NCBI GenBank assembly: GCA_021803655.1
Contig: JAJZLK010000023.1
Coordinates: 292 to 64,291, forward strand
DNA from: Thermoplasmata archaeon
Lineage (GTDB): Archaea > Thermoplasmatota > Thermoplasmata > Thermoplasmatales > Thermoplasmataceae
Direction: 5' to 3'
DNA: 64,000 bases
Part shown: in pieces, positions 31,348 through 40,156 of the stretch
Layout of the letters: the number at the start of each line of letters is the position of its first letter
Position numbering within the stretch: the first letter of the stretch is position 1
The notes under the pieces: generated by a model
Seen by the model: the letters and a program-made list of their open reading frames with translations, nothing else
Told to the model about the DNA's origin: nothing
Databases searched by the model: none
Position numbers and translations under genes: made by a program

Positions 31348-33101
31348 TTCTTATCACCTGCCAGTTCTTCCAGTTCCTCGTCAATCTCGTTCACCGTCTG
31401 GGTTGTATACTGTTCTATTTCAGCGTCCTTAACCTCCTTCATCCTGGAAATCTTTCCCCTTGCCTTTACGCCCAGTATCTGCGACATGGTGAGTCCTTTC
31501 TCAATGTATTCCTGCTGTGCCTTCCCAAGGTGCATGATCGTCCTGAGCATCAGCATCTGTTTCTTTATGGAGCAGTAGGTGTCAACCTCGTCGTATGCGC
31601 TCTGCTGCAGGAAGTCCTCCCTTATCATCCTGGCAATGTCCAGGATCACTTTCTCCTTCTCGGGAAGTGCATCATATCCCACAAGCTGCACAATTTCCTG
31701 GAGTTCTGCCTCCTTCTGCAGTGTTCCCATGGCGCCTGAATAGATGGTACTCCACTCCTCTGATATGTTCTTGTTAAACCACTGGAACAGGTCTTCCCTG
31801 TAGAGGGAGTAGCTGTTGAGCCAGTTGATTGAAGGGAAGTGCCTTCGTGATGCAAGAGATGCGTCAAGAGCCCAGAATACCCTTGTAACCCTCAGGGTGT
31901 TCTGGGAGACCGGTTCCGATATGTCTCCTCCGGGCGGTGAGACCGCACCGACTATGGTTATTGAACCCCTCCTCTCGTCCGAAGAGGTAACTATTGAGTT
32001 TCCTGATCTCTCGTAGAATTCTGACAGCCTTCTCCCAAGATATGCGGGATATCCCTCTTCCCCGGGCATTTCCTCCAGCCTTCCGGAGATTTCCCTTAAC
32101 GCTTCTGCCCATCTCGATGTGCTGTCTGCCATCAGGGCAATGTCATATCCCATATCCCTGTAGTACTCAGCTATAGTTATTCCGGTGTATATGCTTGCTT
32201 CCCTGGCAGCCACCGGCATGTTGGACGTGTTCGCAATGAGGACTGTCCTCTCCATGAGCGGCCTCTTTGTTTTCGGGTCCTCCAGTTCCGGGAAGGTCGT
32301 GAGGATTTCCGTCATCTCGTTTCCCCTTTCACCGCATCCGACATATACGACGATATCGCTGTCTGCCCACTTTGACAGCTGGTGCTGAACCACGGTTTTT
32401 CCGGAACCGAACGGTCCCGGCACCGCAACAGTACCGCCCTTTGCAACAGGGAAGAACGTGTCAATGACCCTCTGCCCTGTTATGAGGGGATCGGATGGTG
32501 CAAGTTTCCGGATAACACGTCTCGGGTTCCTCACGGGCCATTCCTGCTTGAGGGTTATCTCCCTGTCGCCTGAAGGGGTCTCGATCGTGCATATGATTTC
32601 CGAGACCGTGAATTCGCCGGCACGGATTTCCTTGATCTTTCCTGATATTCCAAAAGGAACCATGACTTTGTGGGTTATGATTCCTGTTTCCGGAACAGTT
32701 CCAATAAAGTCTCCCTCGCTGACCTCCGTCCCCTTTGAAACCAGCGGTTCGAATTTCCATTTCTTCTTCTCGTCCAGAGGAGTGGCGGTCAATCCACGTC
32801 TTATAAAGTCTCCTCCGCTCTTCCTCAAAACGTCAAGCGGCCTCTGTATACCATCATAGATTGAGGTCAACAGACCCGGTCCGAGTTCCACCGAAAGCGG
32901 TCTCCCGGTATTCTCTATCTTATCTCCCGGCCGGATGCCGCTTGTGTCTTCATAAACCTGGACTGTCGCAACCTTTCCGGAAAGGCGTATCACCTCTCCA
33001 ACAAGTCCGAGTTCTCCAACCCTGACCACGTCGTACATTCGCACATTCTCAATATCTTCTGCCTCAACAACCGGCCCCGATACCTTAACTATCTTTCCCA
33101 T
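31344..33101 (-). CDS. atpA: A-type ATP synthase catalytic subunit A (no intein)
   Basis: 585 aa. Walker [10 protein letters not shown] and [10 protein letters not shown]. The length is consistent with an intein-free A subunit. Confidence 0.95.
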   Translation of the reverse strand: MGKIVKVSGPVVEAEDIENVRMYDVVRVGELGLVGEVIRLSGKVATVQVYEDTSGIRPGDKIENTGRPLSVELGPGLLTSIYDGIQRPLDVLRKSGGDFIRRGLTATPLDEKKKWKFEPLVSKGTEVSEGDFIGTVPETGIITHKVMVPFGISGKIKEIRAGEFTVSEIICTIETPSGDREITLKQEWPVRNPRRVIRKLAPSDPLITGQRVIDTFFPVAKGGTVAVPGPFGSGKTVVQHQLSKWADSDIVVYVGCGERGNEMTEILTTFPELEDPKTKRPLMERTVLIANTSNMPVAAREASIYTGITIAEYYRDMGYDIALMADSTSRWAEALREISGRLEEMPGEEGYPAYLGRRLSEFYERSGNSIVTSSDERRGSITIVGAVSPPGGDISEPVSQNTLRVTRVFWALDASLASRRHFPSINWLNSYSLYREDLFQWFNKNISEEWSTIYSGAMGTLQKEAELQEIVQLVGYDALPEKEKVILDIARMIREDFLQQSAYDEVDTYCSIKKQMLMLRTIMHLGKAQQEYIEKGLTMSQILGVKARGKISRMKEVKDAEIEQYTTQTVNEIDEELEELAGDKK

Positions 33102-33106
33102 TAGAT

Positions 33107-33424
33107 TTACACTCCTATTTCAACGCCAAGAACTCTCCTTGCGAGCCTGCTCACGGACTCTTCATCCGTTCCTCCGGGCAGCGGCAGGAATACCACCAGT
33201 GGATCCGTCAGGAGTTCAATCTGCAGAAGATCCCTGCCCAGGTAATTTCTTATTGATTCTGAAACTATGATGAGGGAGTGTTTCTTCTCCGCAATCAGTT
33301 CCCTTAATTTGGCTGCGGCCGCGTCGCCCGTGAGATCAAAGGAGTCTTCTACTCCAACCAACCTGAAGCCAATTGCAATTTCTGTTTCCCCCACAACAGC
33401 CATTCCCTTACTTGCCAATTTCAT
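33107..33424 (-). CDS. atpF: A-type ATP synthase subunit F
   Basis: 105 aa. [18 protein letters not shown] is the typical F-subunit N-terminus. Confidence 0.85.
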   Translation of the reverse strand: MKLASKGMAVVGETEIAIGFRLVGVEDSFDLTGDAAAAKLRELIAEKKHSLIIVSESIRNYLGRDLLQIELLTDPLVVFLPLPGGTDEESVSRLARRVLGVEIGV

Positions 33425-34482
33425 CCGCTCCTTGAGTTGTTTGCCACAATGGACAGCAGTCTTTCCCTGGGAACGCCGAGGCTGATCCCGAGTACCGTTG
33501 CCCTGAGCGCTTCCCGTTCCATCTCTGAGGTCAGGATAAAGGCGAATATAGAATTCAGTGAGAGGGCAGAATACGAGATGTAATCTATGCTCCTCTGATA
33601 TATTGCCCTTCTGGCCGCAATCTCGAAATCCACAAGGGACGAGAACTGGCGTACCTGTTGCTGTATTATGAGTTCAGAAGCTTTCTTTGTTGCTTCTGCG
33701 ATGTTCTCCTGCCTGGAAATCTCTTCAAGTGCGTCATCAGGGATCGTTCCTCCGGACACGAAATGTGCCTTTATGAGATCGACGCTCAGGTTAAATTCCC
33801 TTGCCTTCAGCACGAAAAGTATGTTCTTCAGGTCGATCTGCTCCCTGAAGTACCTTCTCACGGCGCCCTCGTCCCCGTTGTAGAATTTCAGTGATGACAT
33901 TACGTCACTAAGATAGAAATTATCCATTGAAGTGAATATGAATGATACGTCGTTGGTCTTCCTGTATTGATCCATGGCCTGCATTGCCCTGAGTCCGAAT
34001 GGCATCCTTGAAATATTCTCCACGACCGCCTCGACTGAACCGAGATTCATCAGTGCCCTGAATTCTTCCCTGCTCATTCTCCCTCCGAAAATTCCCGATG
34101 GTACGTCCCTGAAGCTCATTATGAAGTCCTCGGTCTCCTTCAGCTCGTAACCCAGAAACTTTGCGGAAATAATCGTCTTGATATTCTCTATATCCCACTT
34201 GGAGAAATACGTCTCAAGAAACTTTCTTGCAGCAGGCGGCGGAGCCTGCATTGCCTGTCGGTTTTTTTTTATCAGATGCCTGTTGATTGCCATTTCGATG
34301 AGTTTGGTACCGCTGCTGAAGGCTGAAAGTGCATCCAGGTCTTCACGGTATGTGGTAGTGGATAGGCTCTGGATAACCTCGTCAGTCGTCTTGTCCATTA
34401 GGCCTATGATAAATTCCTCGCTGAGGAAATCCTGCCTGAGAACCCTGAGGCGTCCAAAGCTTCCAGCATAAGTCCTGTCCAA
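33421..34482 (-). CDS. atpC: A-type ATP synthase subunit C
   Basis: 353 aa, all-helical, in the operon position between E and F. Confidence 0.85.
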   Translation of the reverse strand: MDRTYAGSFGRLRVLRQDFLSEEFIIGLMDKTTDEVIQSLSTTTYREDLDALSAFSSGTKLIEMAINRHLIKKNRQAMQAPPPAARKFLETYFSKWDIENIKTIISAKFLGYELKETEDFIMSFRDVPSGIFGGRMSREEFRALMNLGSVEAVVENISRMPFGLRAMQAMDQYRKTNDVSFIFTSMDNFYLSDVMSSLKFYNGDEGAVRRYFREQIDLKNILFVLKAREFNLSVDLIKAHFVSGGTIPDDALEEISRQENIAEATKKASELIIQQQVRQFSSLVDFEIAARRAIYQRSIDYISYSALSLNSIFAFILTSEMEREALRATVLGISLGVPRERLLSIVANNSRSG

Positions 34483-34484
34483 GG

Positions 34485-35048
34485 TTATCCCTCTATACTT
34501 CCCGAAAGTTTCTCGGATATTCTCTCCCGCAGGAACCTGGAGATCACCGGAAGAGTCAGATCAATCTCCTTTTGACTGTCGCTGGTCTGGAAAATTGCTC
34601 CCAGCTTGAATCCATTGTTCACCGGCTTCGCCTTAAAAGTCTTGACAGACTGCGCAACCTTGTCCCTGGAATCAACGAGCACTACCAGGTCTTTGCCAAG
34701 TTTCTTTTCTACGGCCTGGTACATTGATTGGAGAATCTCTTCGTACCCGCTTCCTTTCATTGCGTCAACTACCAGAGAATCGACTTTCTTCATTGCTTCC
34801 TCAAGGATTTCGGATCGTTTCTGGCTCACAGCCCTCCTGACCTCCAGCGAAGTCAGGTCGGCCGATCTTCTCTCCCGGGTCTTCATCTCCTCCTCTTTCC
34901 TCTTCTGGTATGCGATCCTGAGGGCGTTTATGGCGTCGGCTGTTTCCTTCTCGATCGATTCAACCTGTCTCGACAGCTCCTCTTCAAGCGCTGCCAGTTC
35001 CTTCTTTTTCCTCTCCTCAATCTCAAGGAGAATGTTTTCCAGCGGCAT
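34485..35048 (-). CDS. atpE: A-type ATP synthase subunit E
   Basis: 187 aa. Charged coiled N-terminus plus a globular C-terminus, in the expected operon position. Confidence 0.8.
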   Translation of the reverse strand: MPLENILLEIEERKKKELAALEEELSRQVESIEKETADAINALRIAYQKRKEEEMKTRERRSADLTSLEVRRAVSQKRSEILEEAMKKVDSLVVDAMKGSGYEEILQSMYQAVEKKLGKDLVVLVDSRDKVAQSVKTFKAKPVNNGFKLGAIFQTSDSQKEIDLTLPVISRFLRERISEKLSGSIEG

Positions 35049-35057
35049 CTGAAATCT

Positions 35058-35279
35058 TCAGAGAAGCCCCAGATAGATGAGTATACCAAACGCTAGGCCG
35101 ATAATCCACAGTGTTTCCGGAATCACAAAAAGGAACAGTACCTGTCCAAGCTTCTCCGGTTTCTCTGCAATTATCCCCATTCCCGCGGCTCCGATTCCCT
35201 GTTGGGCCATACCTGTGCCTATAAGACCACCGGCTAGGGCAACAGCAAATGCAAGTGCTACAAGTCCACTGACTACCAT
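35058..35279 (-). CDS. atpK: A-type ATP synthase proteolipid subunit K (c)
   Basis: 73 aa from ATG 35279: two TM helices with the ion-binding Glu in VIPETLWI. The track's GTG start at 35330 would read through the TATA box. Confidence 0.85.
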   Translation of the reverse strand: MVVSGLVALAFAVALAGGLIGTGMAQQGIGAAGMGIIAEKPEKLGQVLFLFVIPETLWIIGLAFGILIYLGLL

Positions 35280-35311
35280 CTTAAATCTTTCCGAAGGCTG
35301 ATCAGAGGGGC

Positions 35312-35321
35312 ATATATTAAT
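35312..35321 (-). promoter_or_regulatory. TATA-box candidate of the ATP synthase operon
   Basis: Minus-strand ATTAATATAT lies about 35-40 nt upstream of atpK ATG 35279. Confidence 0.45.
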
Positions 35322-35470
35322 GTGCTTCACCTGAACATGTTCTCGTACTGGACCGGTTTTTTGTGATATTTGTCAACGATCTAGAGGGTTCATCCTTTCC
35401 CTGCGGAGTCTGACCTTCAACGAAAGCGGTAAAATCGCGGGTTTCGATTAAGAGGAGATCTCTGGACAGA

Positions 35471-36049
35471 TTATCCCTGGAAAAACAATCCCTCAAAATA
35501 AAATGTCCTGACATTGTCGTCTCTCCAGCAGCCTTCTTCGAGTCCGGCTTTGAGACAGGTGGCGTCCAGGAACTCCTCCACTGTAAATACCTCTTCTACG
35601 GCAACCTGTGGAAGCAGTAGTCCGGAGGTCAGGTCATTCTCCACTATGAGACCATGCTTTCCGATTTCGAGGTGATCCCTTTCGTGAACGTATTCCCACT
35701 TGGGGGAAAGAATTGTGACTTCGATGGTCAGTCGCGTGATTTCTTCCTTCTGAACGTTGTTGAATCTCGGGTCCATTACTGCACTGGATATAGCGGACTT
35801 CCGCACTCCTTCCCACAGGGGAAATACTGGTTCAGGATACCCGACGCATCCCCTGAGCTGCCCACGGCTCTTCAGGGTAACAAATACCCCTGCCTTCACG
35901 TTCAGTATCCCTTCGTGTTTTGGCGGGGGAAACTCCTCCTTCAGCAGAAGTCCTCTCAGGGCCTCATTGGCTATACGGAGGATCACCTCCCTGTCATTCT
36001 CCCCTATTCCGGAGAGAACGGGATCAGTATAGGTTGAGAGTGAGTCCAT
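35471..36049 (-). CDS. AMMECR1 domain protein (AmmeMemoRadiSam system protein A)
   Basis: 192 aa. GVFVTLKSRGQLRGCVGYPEP is the AMMECR1 core motif. Confidence 0.88.
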   Translation of the reverse strand: MDSLSTYTDPVLSGIGENDREVILRIANEALRGLLLKEEFPPPKHEGILNVKAGVFVTLKSRGQLRGCVGYPEPVFPLWEGVRKSAISSAVMDPRFNNVQKEEITRLTIEVTILSPKWEYVHERDHLEIGKHGLIVENDLTSGLLLPQVAVEEVFTVEEFLDATCLKAGLEEGCWRDDNVRTFYFEGLFFQG

Positions 36050-36095
36050 CTTACCATAAGCTAATTACCTGCTCTCACTTTAATATTGAGTACTC

Positions 36096-36899
36096 ATGGT
36101 CGAAAGGGAACCTGCGGTCGCCGGATTCTTTTACCCTTCTTCCCCGAAGGAGCTTTCAGGTGTGATTAAGGGCATGCTTGCCGAGACGGCCGGGATTGGT
36201 CATGAAGGGAGTGTGATCGGGGCTGTGGTTCCACATGCAGGGTATGTTTATTCCGGCAGGACTGCCGCGATATCGTATTCAGCAGTCCGGGATTCCGGAA
36301 AGAGAAGATTCGTCATAGCTGGCCCGAACCACGAAGGTTTTCCACCGTATACTGCAACTTATTCTTCCGGCGCCTGGAAGACTCCCCTTGGCTCCTGCGA
36401 TATAGACGGTGAGTTGGCTTCGAGGTTTTCCGGAATCACGCTGGAGGATGAAATCGCAAACAGGAGTGAGCATTCCGTCGAGGTTCAACTGCCATTTCTG
36501 CAGGTTATCTGTGACAGGAACTTTTCTTTCTTTCCCTTGATACTGGGAGACCAGAGGAAGATCGTTGCGATGGAGATTGGCAGGATAGCGGCTGGCATGG
36601 GCAAGGAGACTGTGTTCATTGCAAGTTCTGATCTTACGCACTATAAACCGGAGGAGACTGCCCGGAAGAGAGACATGAAGCTGATCGACCGGATAGTCGC
36701 CCTGGATCTTGACGGTTTTTATTCAACGCTCGTGACAGAAGATGTCTCTGCCTGCGGATATGGGGCCATTGCCGCACTGATCCAGTATACAAAGCTCGTT
36801 GGGGGAAGGATGATTCTGACTGGATATGATACCTCGGGGACTGCCTCCGGGGATCATAGAAGCGTGGTAGGTTATCCGTCTCTCATCGCCGTGGCATGA
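36096..36899 (+). CDS. MEMO1-family protein (AmmeMemoRadiSam system protein B)
   Basis: 267 aa. REPAVAGFFYP, VVPHAGYVYSG and EHSVEVQLPFLQ are Memo-family signatures. Confidence 0.88.
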   Translation: MVEREPAVAGFFYPSSPKELSGVIKGMLAETAGIGHEGSVIGAVVPHAGYVYSGRTAAISYSAVRDSGKRRFVIAGPNHEGFPPYTATYSSGAWKTPLGSCDIDGELASRFSGITLEDEIANRSEHSVEVQLPFLQVICDRNFSFFPLILGDQRKIVAMEIGRIAAGMGKETVFIASSDLTHYKPEETARKRDMKLIDRIVALDLDGFYSTLVTEDVSACGYGAIAALIQYTKLVGGRMILTGYDTSGTASGDHRSVVGYPSLIAVA

Positions 36900-36969
36900 C
36901 TCAACGGATAATCGCCGCAGAGAGATCAATAATCGTTATACGCTGGATTCATTTGGTTATAATGAAGAA

Positions 36970-38016
36970 ATGACCGGTCTGTTTGTTTCGAACGGAGATG
37001 GCACGATCACCTGCATCGCCTGCAGAAGATTATGCAGGCTGAGGGATGGGCAGAGAGGGTTCTGTGGCATCCGGAAGAACGTTAAGGGCGATCTTGATCT
37101 TCTGACATACGGACTACCCTACGGAGTCCACGTCGATCCCATTGAAAAGAAACCGGTTCTGCACAAGTTCCCCAACTACAGGGTTCTCTCCTTCGGAACT
37201 TCCGGCTGCAATTACGCCTGCAGATACTGTCAGAACTGGGATATGAGCCAGCGCAGGGAACCAGTAGGGGATCCCATGAGCCCTGATGAGATCGTCTCCC
37301 TTGCAATACAGCTGAATTGCCAGGCCATAGCGTACACGTACAACGAGCCTACGGTTTTTATCGAGTTCGCGCACGATGTCGGAGTGATTGCCAGGAAGAA
37401 AGGACTTGTCAATATATTCGTGACCAATGGTTACGAGACTGAGGAGGCTCTCGATTACTGCAAGGACTTCCTTGACCTGATGACCATTGACTTCAAGGGA
37501 AATGCTTCAAACCAGTTTTACAGGAAATACATCTCGGTCCTCGGCGCAGATCCGATATATGATACAATTTCAATGTCTGTGGAAAAGGGATTCCATGTCG
37601 AGATAACGGATCTGGTGGTACCCGAGGTCGGAGATTCCCTTGAAGATGCCAGGATCATGCTTTCCCGTCTCAAGGAGATAATGGGGGATTCCTTTGCAAT
37701 GAGTTTTTTGAGATTCCATCCTGATTACAAGATGATGGAGTATGGAGACACCCCGCTTCAAACCCTTGAGAGTCATGTCAGGCTTGGAAAGGAGCTGGGA
37801 CTCAAATACTGTTATGCAGGAAATGTGCTCAACACGGACCTTGAAAACACCTACTGTCCGGGCTGCGGCTCCCTGCTGATCGAAAGAAGTTACTTCTCAA
37901 CGACAAGGATCAGTCTTTCGGAAAACGGAAGCTGTTACTCCTGTGGGCTGGATACGGGAATAAGGCTATTTGAAGAGATTAAGAAAGGTTCTCCCGCCAA
38001 TTTTCCAGTCCGGTAA
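36970..38016 (+). CDS. AmmeMemoRadiSam system radical SAM enzyme
   Basis: 348 aa. CNYACRYCQNW radical-SAM cluster motif, plus N- and C-terminal Cys pairs (CIACRRLC, CPGCGS..CYSCG). Confidence 0.88.
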   Translation: MTGLFVSNGDGTITCIACRRLCRLRDGQRGFCGIRKNVKGDLDLLTYGLPYGVHVDPIEKKPVLHKFPNYRVLSFGTSGCNYACRYCQNWDMSQRREPVGDPMSPDEIVSLAIQLNCQAIAYTYNEPTVFIEFAHDVGVIARKKGLVNIFVTNGYETEEALDYCKDFLDLMTIDFKGNASNQFYRKYISVLGADPIYDTISMSVEKGFHVEITDLVVPEVGDSLEDARIMLSRLKEIMGDSFAMSFLRFHPDYKMMEYGDTPLQTLESHVRLGKELGLKYCYAGNVLNTDLENTYCPGCGSLLIERSYFSTTRISLSENGSCYSCGLDTGIRLFEEIKKGSPANFPVR

Positions 38017-38220
38017 AATAGTTATAAATAATCAGTACCTATCTGGTCTTTTGCCGGGTTGAATCTTAAAGTACCTGTTTATGATTGCCTGGATTGCTGA
38101 GGTGCACGATTGAAGAGAAGTTCAAGAGACTGGAAGAAGAGAGGCAATATGCGCTGGAAGTGGCGCAAGAAAAGAATCAGAAGATTGAAGAGGGCAAGAA
38201 AGGCCAACAGACTCTAGTGG

Positions 38221-38361
38221 GGGAGTGTGGGGTAGTCAGGTATCCTAACGGGCTCCAGTCAGGGAATGATTAGCTATGGGTCATCTGAATTCATGATGAG
38301 TGACTGGAACTATGATCCCGGAAGAGACCCGTAGATCTGGGTTCAAATCCCAGTACTCCCA
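38221..38361 (+). tRNA. tRNA-Trp (anticodon CCA) with an intron of about 68 nt after position 37
   Basis: Acceptor GGGAGTG/TACTCCC with discriminator A. T arm CTGGG-TTCAAAT-CCCAG. Anticodon stem ACGGG (38248..52) / CCCGT (38328..32). Anticodon CCA at 38255..57. No encoded CCA tail. Intron ends are uncertain by 1-2 nt. Confidence 0.85.
38259..38326 (+). ncRNA. Box C/D guide RNA embedded in the tRNA-Trp intron
   Basis: C-like ATGATTA 38266..72, 12-nt guide, D' CTGA 38285..88, C' ATGATGA 38293..99, 12-nt guide, D-like ATGA 38312..15. Both guides are complementary to the host pre-tRNA (see findings). Confidence 0.65.
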
Positions 38362-38434
38362 TAATCTTGTTTGACTGTCGTTAATAGCTTTATTTCAAAG
38401 ATGGACTCACTGGACATTATATTTTCGTGAGACA

Positions 38435-39532
38435 TCAGATCAGTTTAGTCACGACTGCAAGCACAATCACCAGAACGATAAATGGGGCGGCTAGTGCGAT
38501 CCAACTTATCGGATGAGCAAAGTTGAACGTATATCCGACGCCGAATCTCTTGGGAACGAGGAGAGAGCTGTCTTCCTTGTTATAGTAAATCACTCCTGCT
38601 TTCCAGAAGCGGTCATCGTCACGTTCCGTAATCCCGGATCCGGACTCGGTCACATTGGGGTATAGCTTAGATCCGGCTTGTCCCATCCTGATTGAAACAA
38701 CCAGAGTGACTGGCAGAATTACCAGAACTGGAACGATCGGGAGGAATACATCAGATCTGGGCACCATTTCCCATGTTACCGCCGAAGAGAGGAAGAGGAT
38801 TATTAGGACTGCCGTAGCGATAAACACTAGTAGATAGAACATCGTCTTGTTGAATGCGACCATCTGCATTGTCGTTTTCCTGGGTGACCGTGCATTCTGG
38901 AATGGCGACACCCTGAGCGAAACCACAGCCATCGCTTCCAGCAGGGTTACGACAGGAATCCCTACAAATAGAAGCTCTGCGAAGACTGACAGGAAGGACT
39001 TGGTCGCAAAGGAATTCGGAGAGCCAGAAGCACTGAAGTGTACCGGGAACCTTGCGGGAATGGAGGGGTAATACAGCGCTCCTACGATGAGAAACAGGGC
39101 AAGTTCCAGCCAGGGAACGGCAAGCCAGGCGCGGTTGACCCTGACAGGAGCAGTCGGTACGGCAACCACCGCACCGTCCCTTTTTGGTTCAACGTCCGGG
39201 GAAGATCCCTTGATCCCCGCCGCCTTTAGGTGAAACGTGTAGTATAGAAGGAAGAGGATGAAAATGTCAATCAGGGGCCAGCCCGCCAGAACGGCGAAGG
39301 GAAACAGGGGAGCAAGTAAGAGGAAAGAGATGATAATTGCCACAGAAATTGAAATCGAAAAGAGAGCATATCTCCTCCTGAGGGTCCTGAACCTATCGTC
39401 GCTCACCAGATTTCCCTGGAGCCTGACTCCGAACTGTATGTTGGGAGGAGTAAGGTACGGGATTAAGGCAAGAAAGATCGCGATGAACACCAGTATGATT
39501 GACATCATCAGGAGCAGCGATACAGGGATCAT
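38435..39532 (-). CDS. Polytopic membrane protein with DUF1648/SdpI-like segments
   Basis: 365 aa with about 9 TM helices. PARFPVHFSASGSPNSFATKSF matches the DUF1648 pattern. Overlaps the upstream GntR gene by 4 nt. Confidence 0.6.
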   Translation of the reverse strand: MIPVSLLLMMSIILVFIAIFLALIPYLTPPNIQFGVRLQGNLVSDDRFRTLRRRYALFSISISVAIIISFLLLAPLFPFAVLAGWPLIDIFILFLLYYTFHLKAAGIKGSSPDVEPKRDGAVVAVPTAPVRVNRAWLAVPWLELALFLIVGALYYPSIPARFPVHFSASGSPNSFATKSFLSVFAELLFVGIPVVTLLEAMAVVSLRVSPFQNARSPRKTTMQMVAFNKTMFYLLVFIATAVLIILFLSSAVTWEMVPRSDVFLPIVPVLVILPVTLVVSIRMGQAGSKLYPNVTESGSGITERDDDRFWKAGVIYYNKEDSSLLVPKRFGVGYTFNFAHPISWIALAAPFIVLVIVLAVVTKLI

Positions 39533-39939
39533 TGCTTTTCCCTCCCTTCAGGTATGGAATCCAATATAGACTCGATGCCCCGCATGATCCTGGAACGCGG
39601 GAATCCTCTCGAAATAGCTTCCGAGATCAGGAGTCTCTGTCTCCTGATCCATTCCGGATCGAGTTCTTCGTTTTGTGATGACGGGAGTTTGCTTACAAAG
39701 ATCTTCTTTCTGCGGTCCTGCTGGATAAAGCCATCTCTGGAAAGGAGTTCATAGGCTTTATTGACCGTATGATAGTTTACCCCGAGGAGCGAGGAGAGCC
39801 GTCTGGATGAGAGCAACCGATCGCCTTCCACTAGCTTTCCGCTGGCAATATCCCCTATTATGGAGTCCGCTATCTGCCTATAAATAGGAACGTTTGAAGA
39901 AAGATCTACTGTGATCAGGTACTCGCTGCCGTCATTCAT
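39529..39939 (-). CDS. GntR-family (YtrA-like, short) transcriptional regulator
   Basis: PIYRQIADSIIGDIASGKLVEGDRLLSSRRLSSLLGVNYHTVNKAYELL. I prefer ATG 39939, which has GGAGG about 8 nt upstream, to the track start at 40020. Confidence 0.8.
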   Translation of the reverse strand: MNDGSEYLITVDLSSNVPIYRQIADSIIGDIASGKLVEGDRLLSSRRLSSLLGVNYHTVNKAYELLSRDGFIQQDRRKKIFVSKLPSSQNEELDPEWIRRQRLLISEAISRGFPRSRIMRGIESILDSIPEGREKQ

Positions 39940-40156
39940 GGGCTTAGCCTCCGCCGCTTGTCTGCGTGCCAGCGTATCTGTGCGATAAAACAGTGTTGTT
40001 CCAATATCCAGGACCTCCATGTACCGCCTGCACCACCGTGGTCTATATCATGTATAACAGCATAAACTTTTGGGCTCTCCCGGACAAGATGGATCTCCCT
40101 AGCCCAACATGTTTCCCCTGCCGTCAGTGCTTAAGGCTGTTTCACACATTCTCAAG

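Noticed and set aside
34261-34270. A 9-nt homopolymer (A9 on the coding strand, LIKKNRQ) inside atpC, considered as a slippage or frameshift site.
   Set aside because: The reading frame is intact across it and the protein is full length. There is no evidence of programmed slippage.
35280-35330. GTG-initiated 17-codon extension of atpK.
   Set aside because: The extension (KHINICPSDQ...) is translated from the TATA-like ATTAATATAT element itself. The 73-aa form has the canonical c-subunit length.
38085-38273. 62-aa ORF with a TTG start (coiled-coil-like [12 protein letters not shown]...).
   Set aside because: Its last 53 nt are the 5' half of tRNA-Trp, there is no in-frame ATG, and no Shine-Dalgarno or TATA element sits at a suitable distance. 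The purine-rich tract is reported as a low-interest observation instead.
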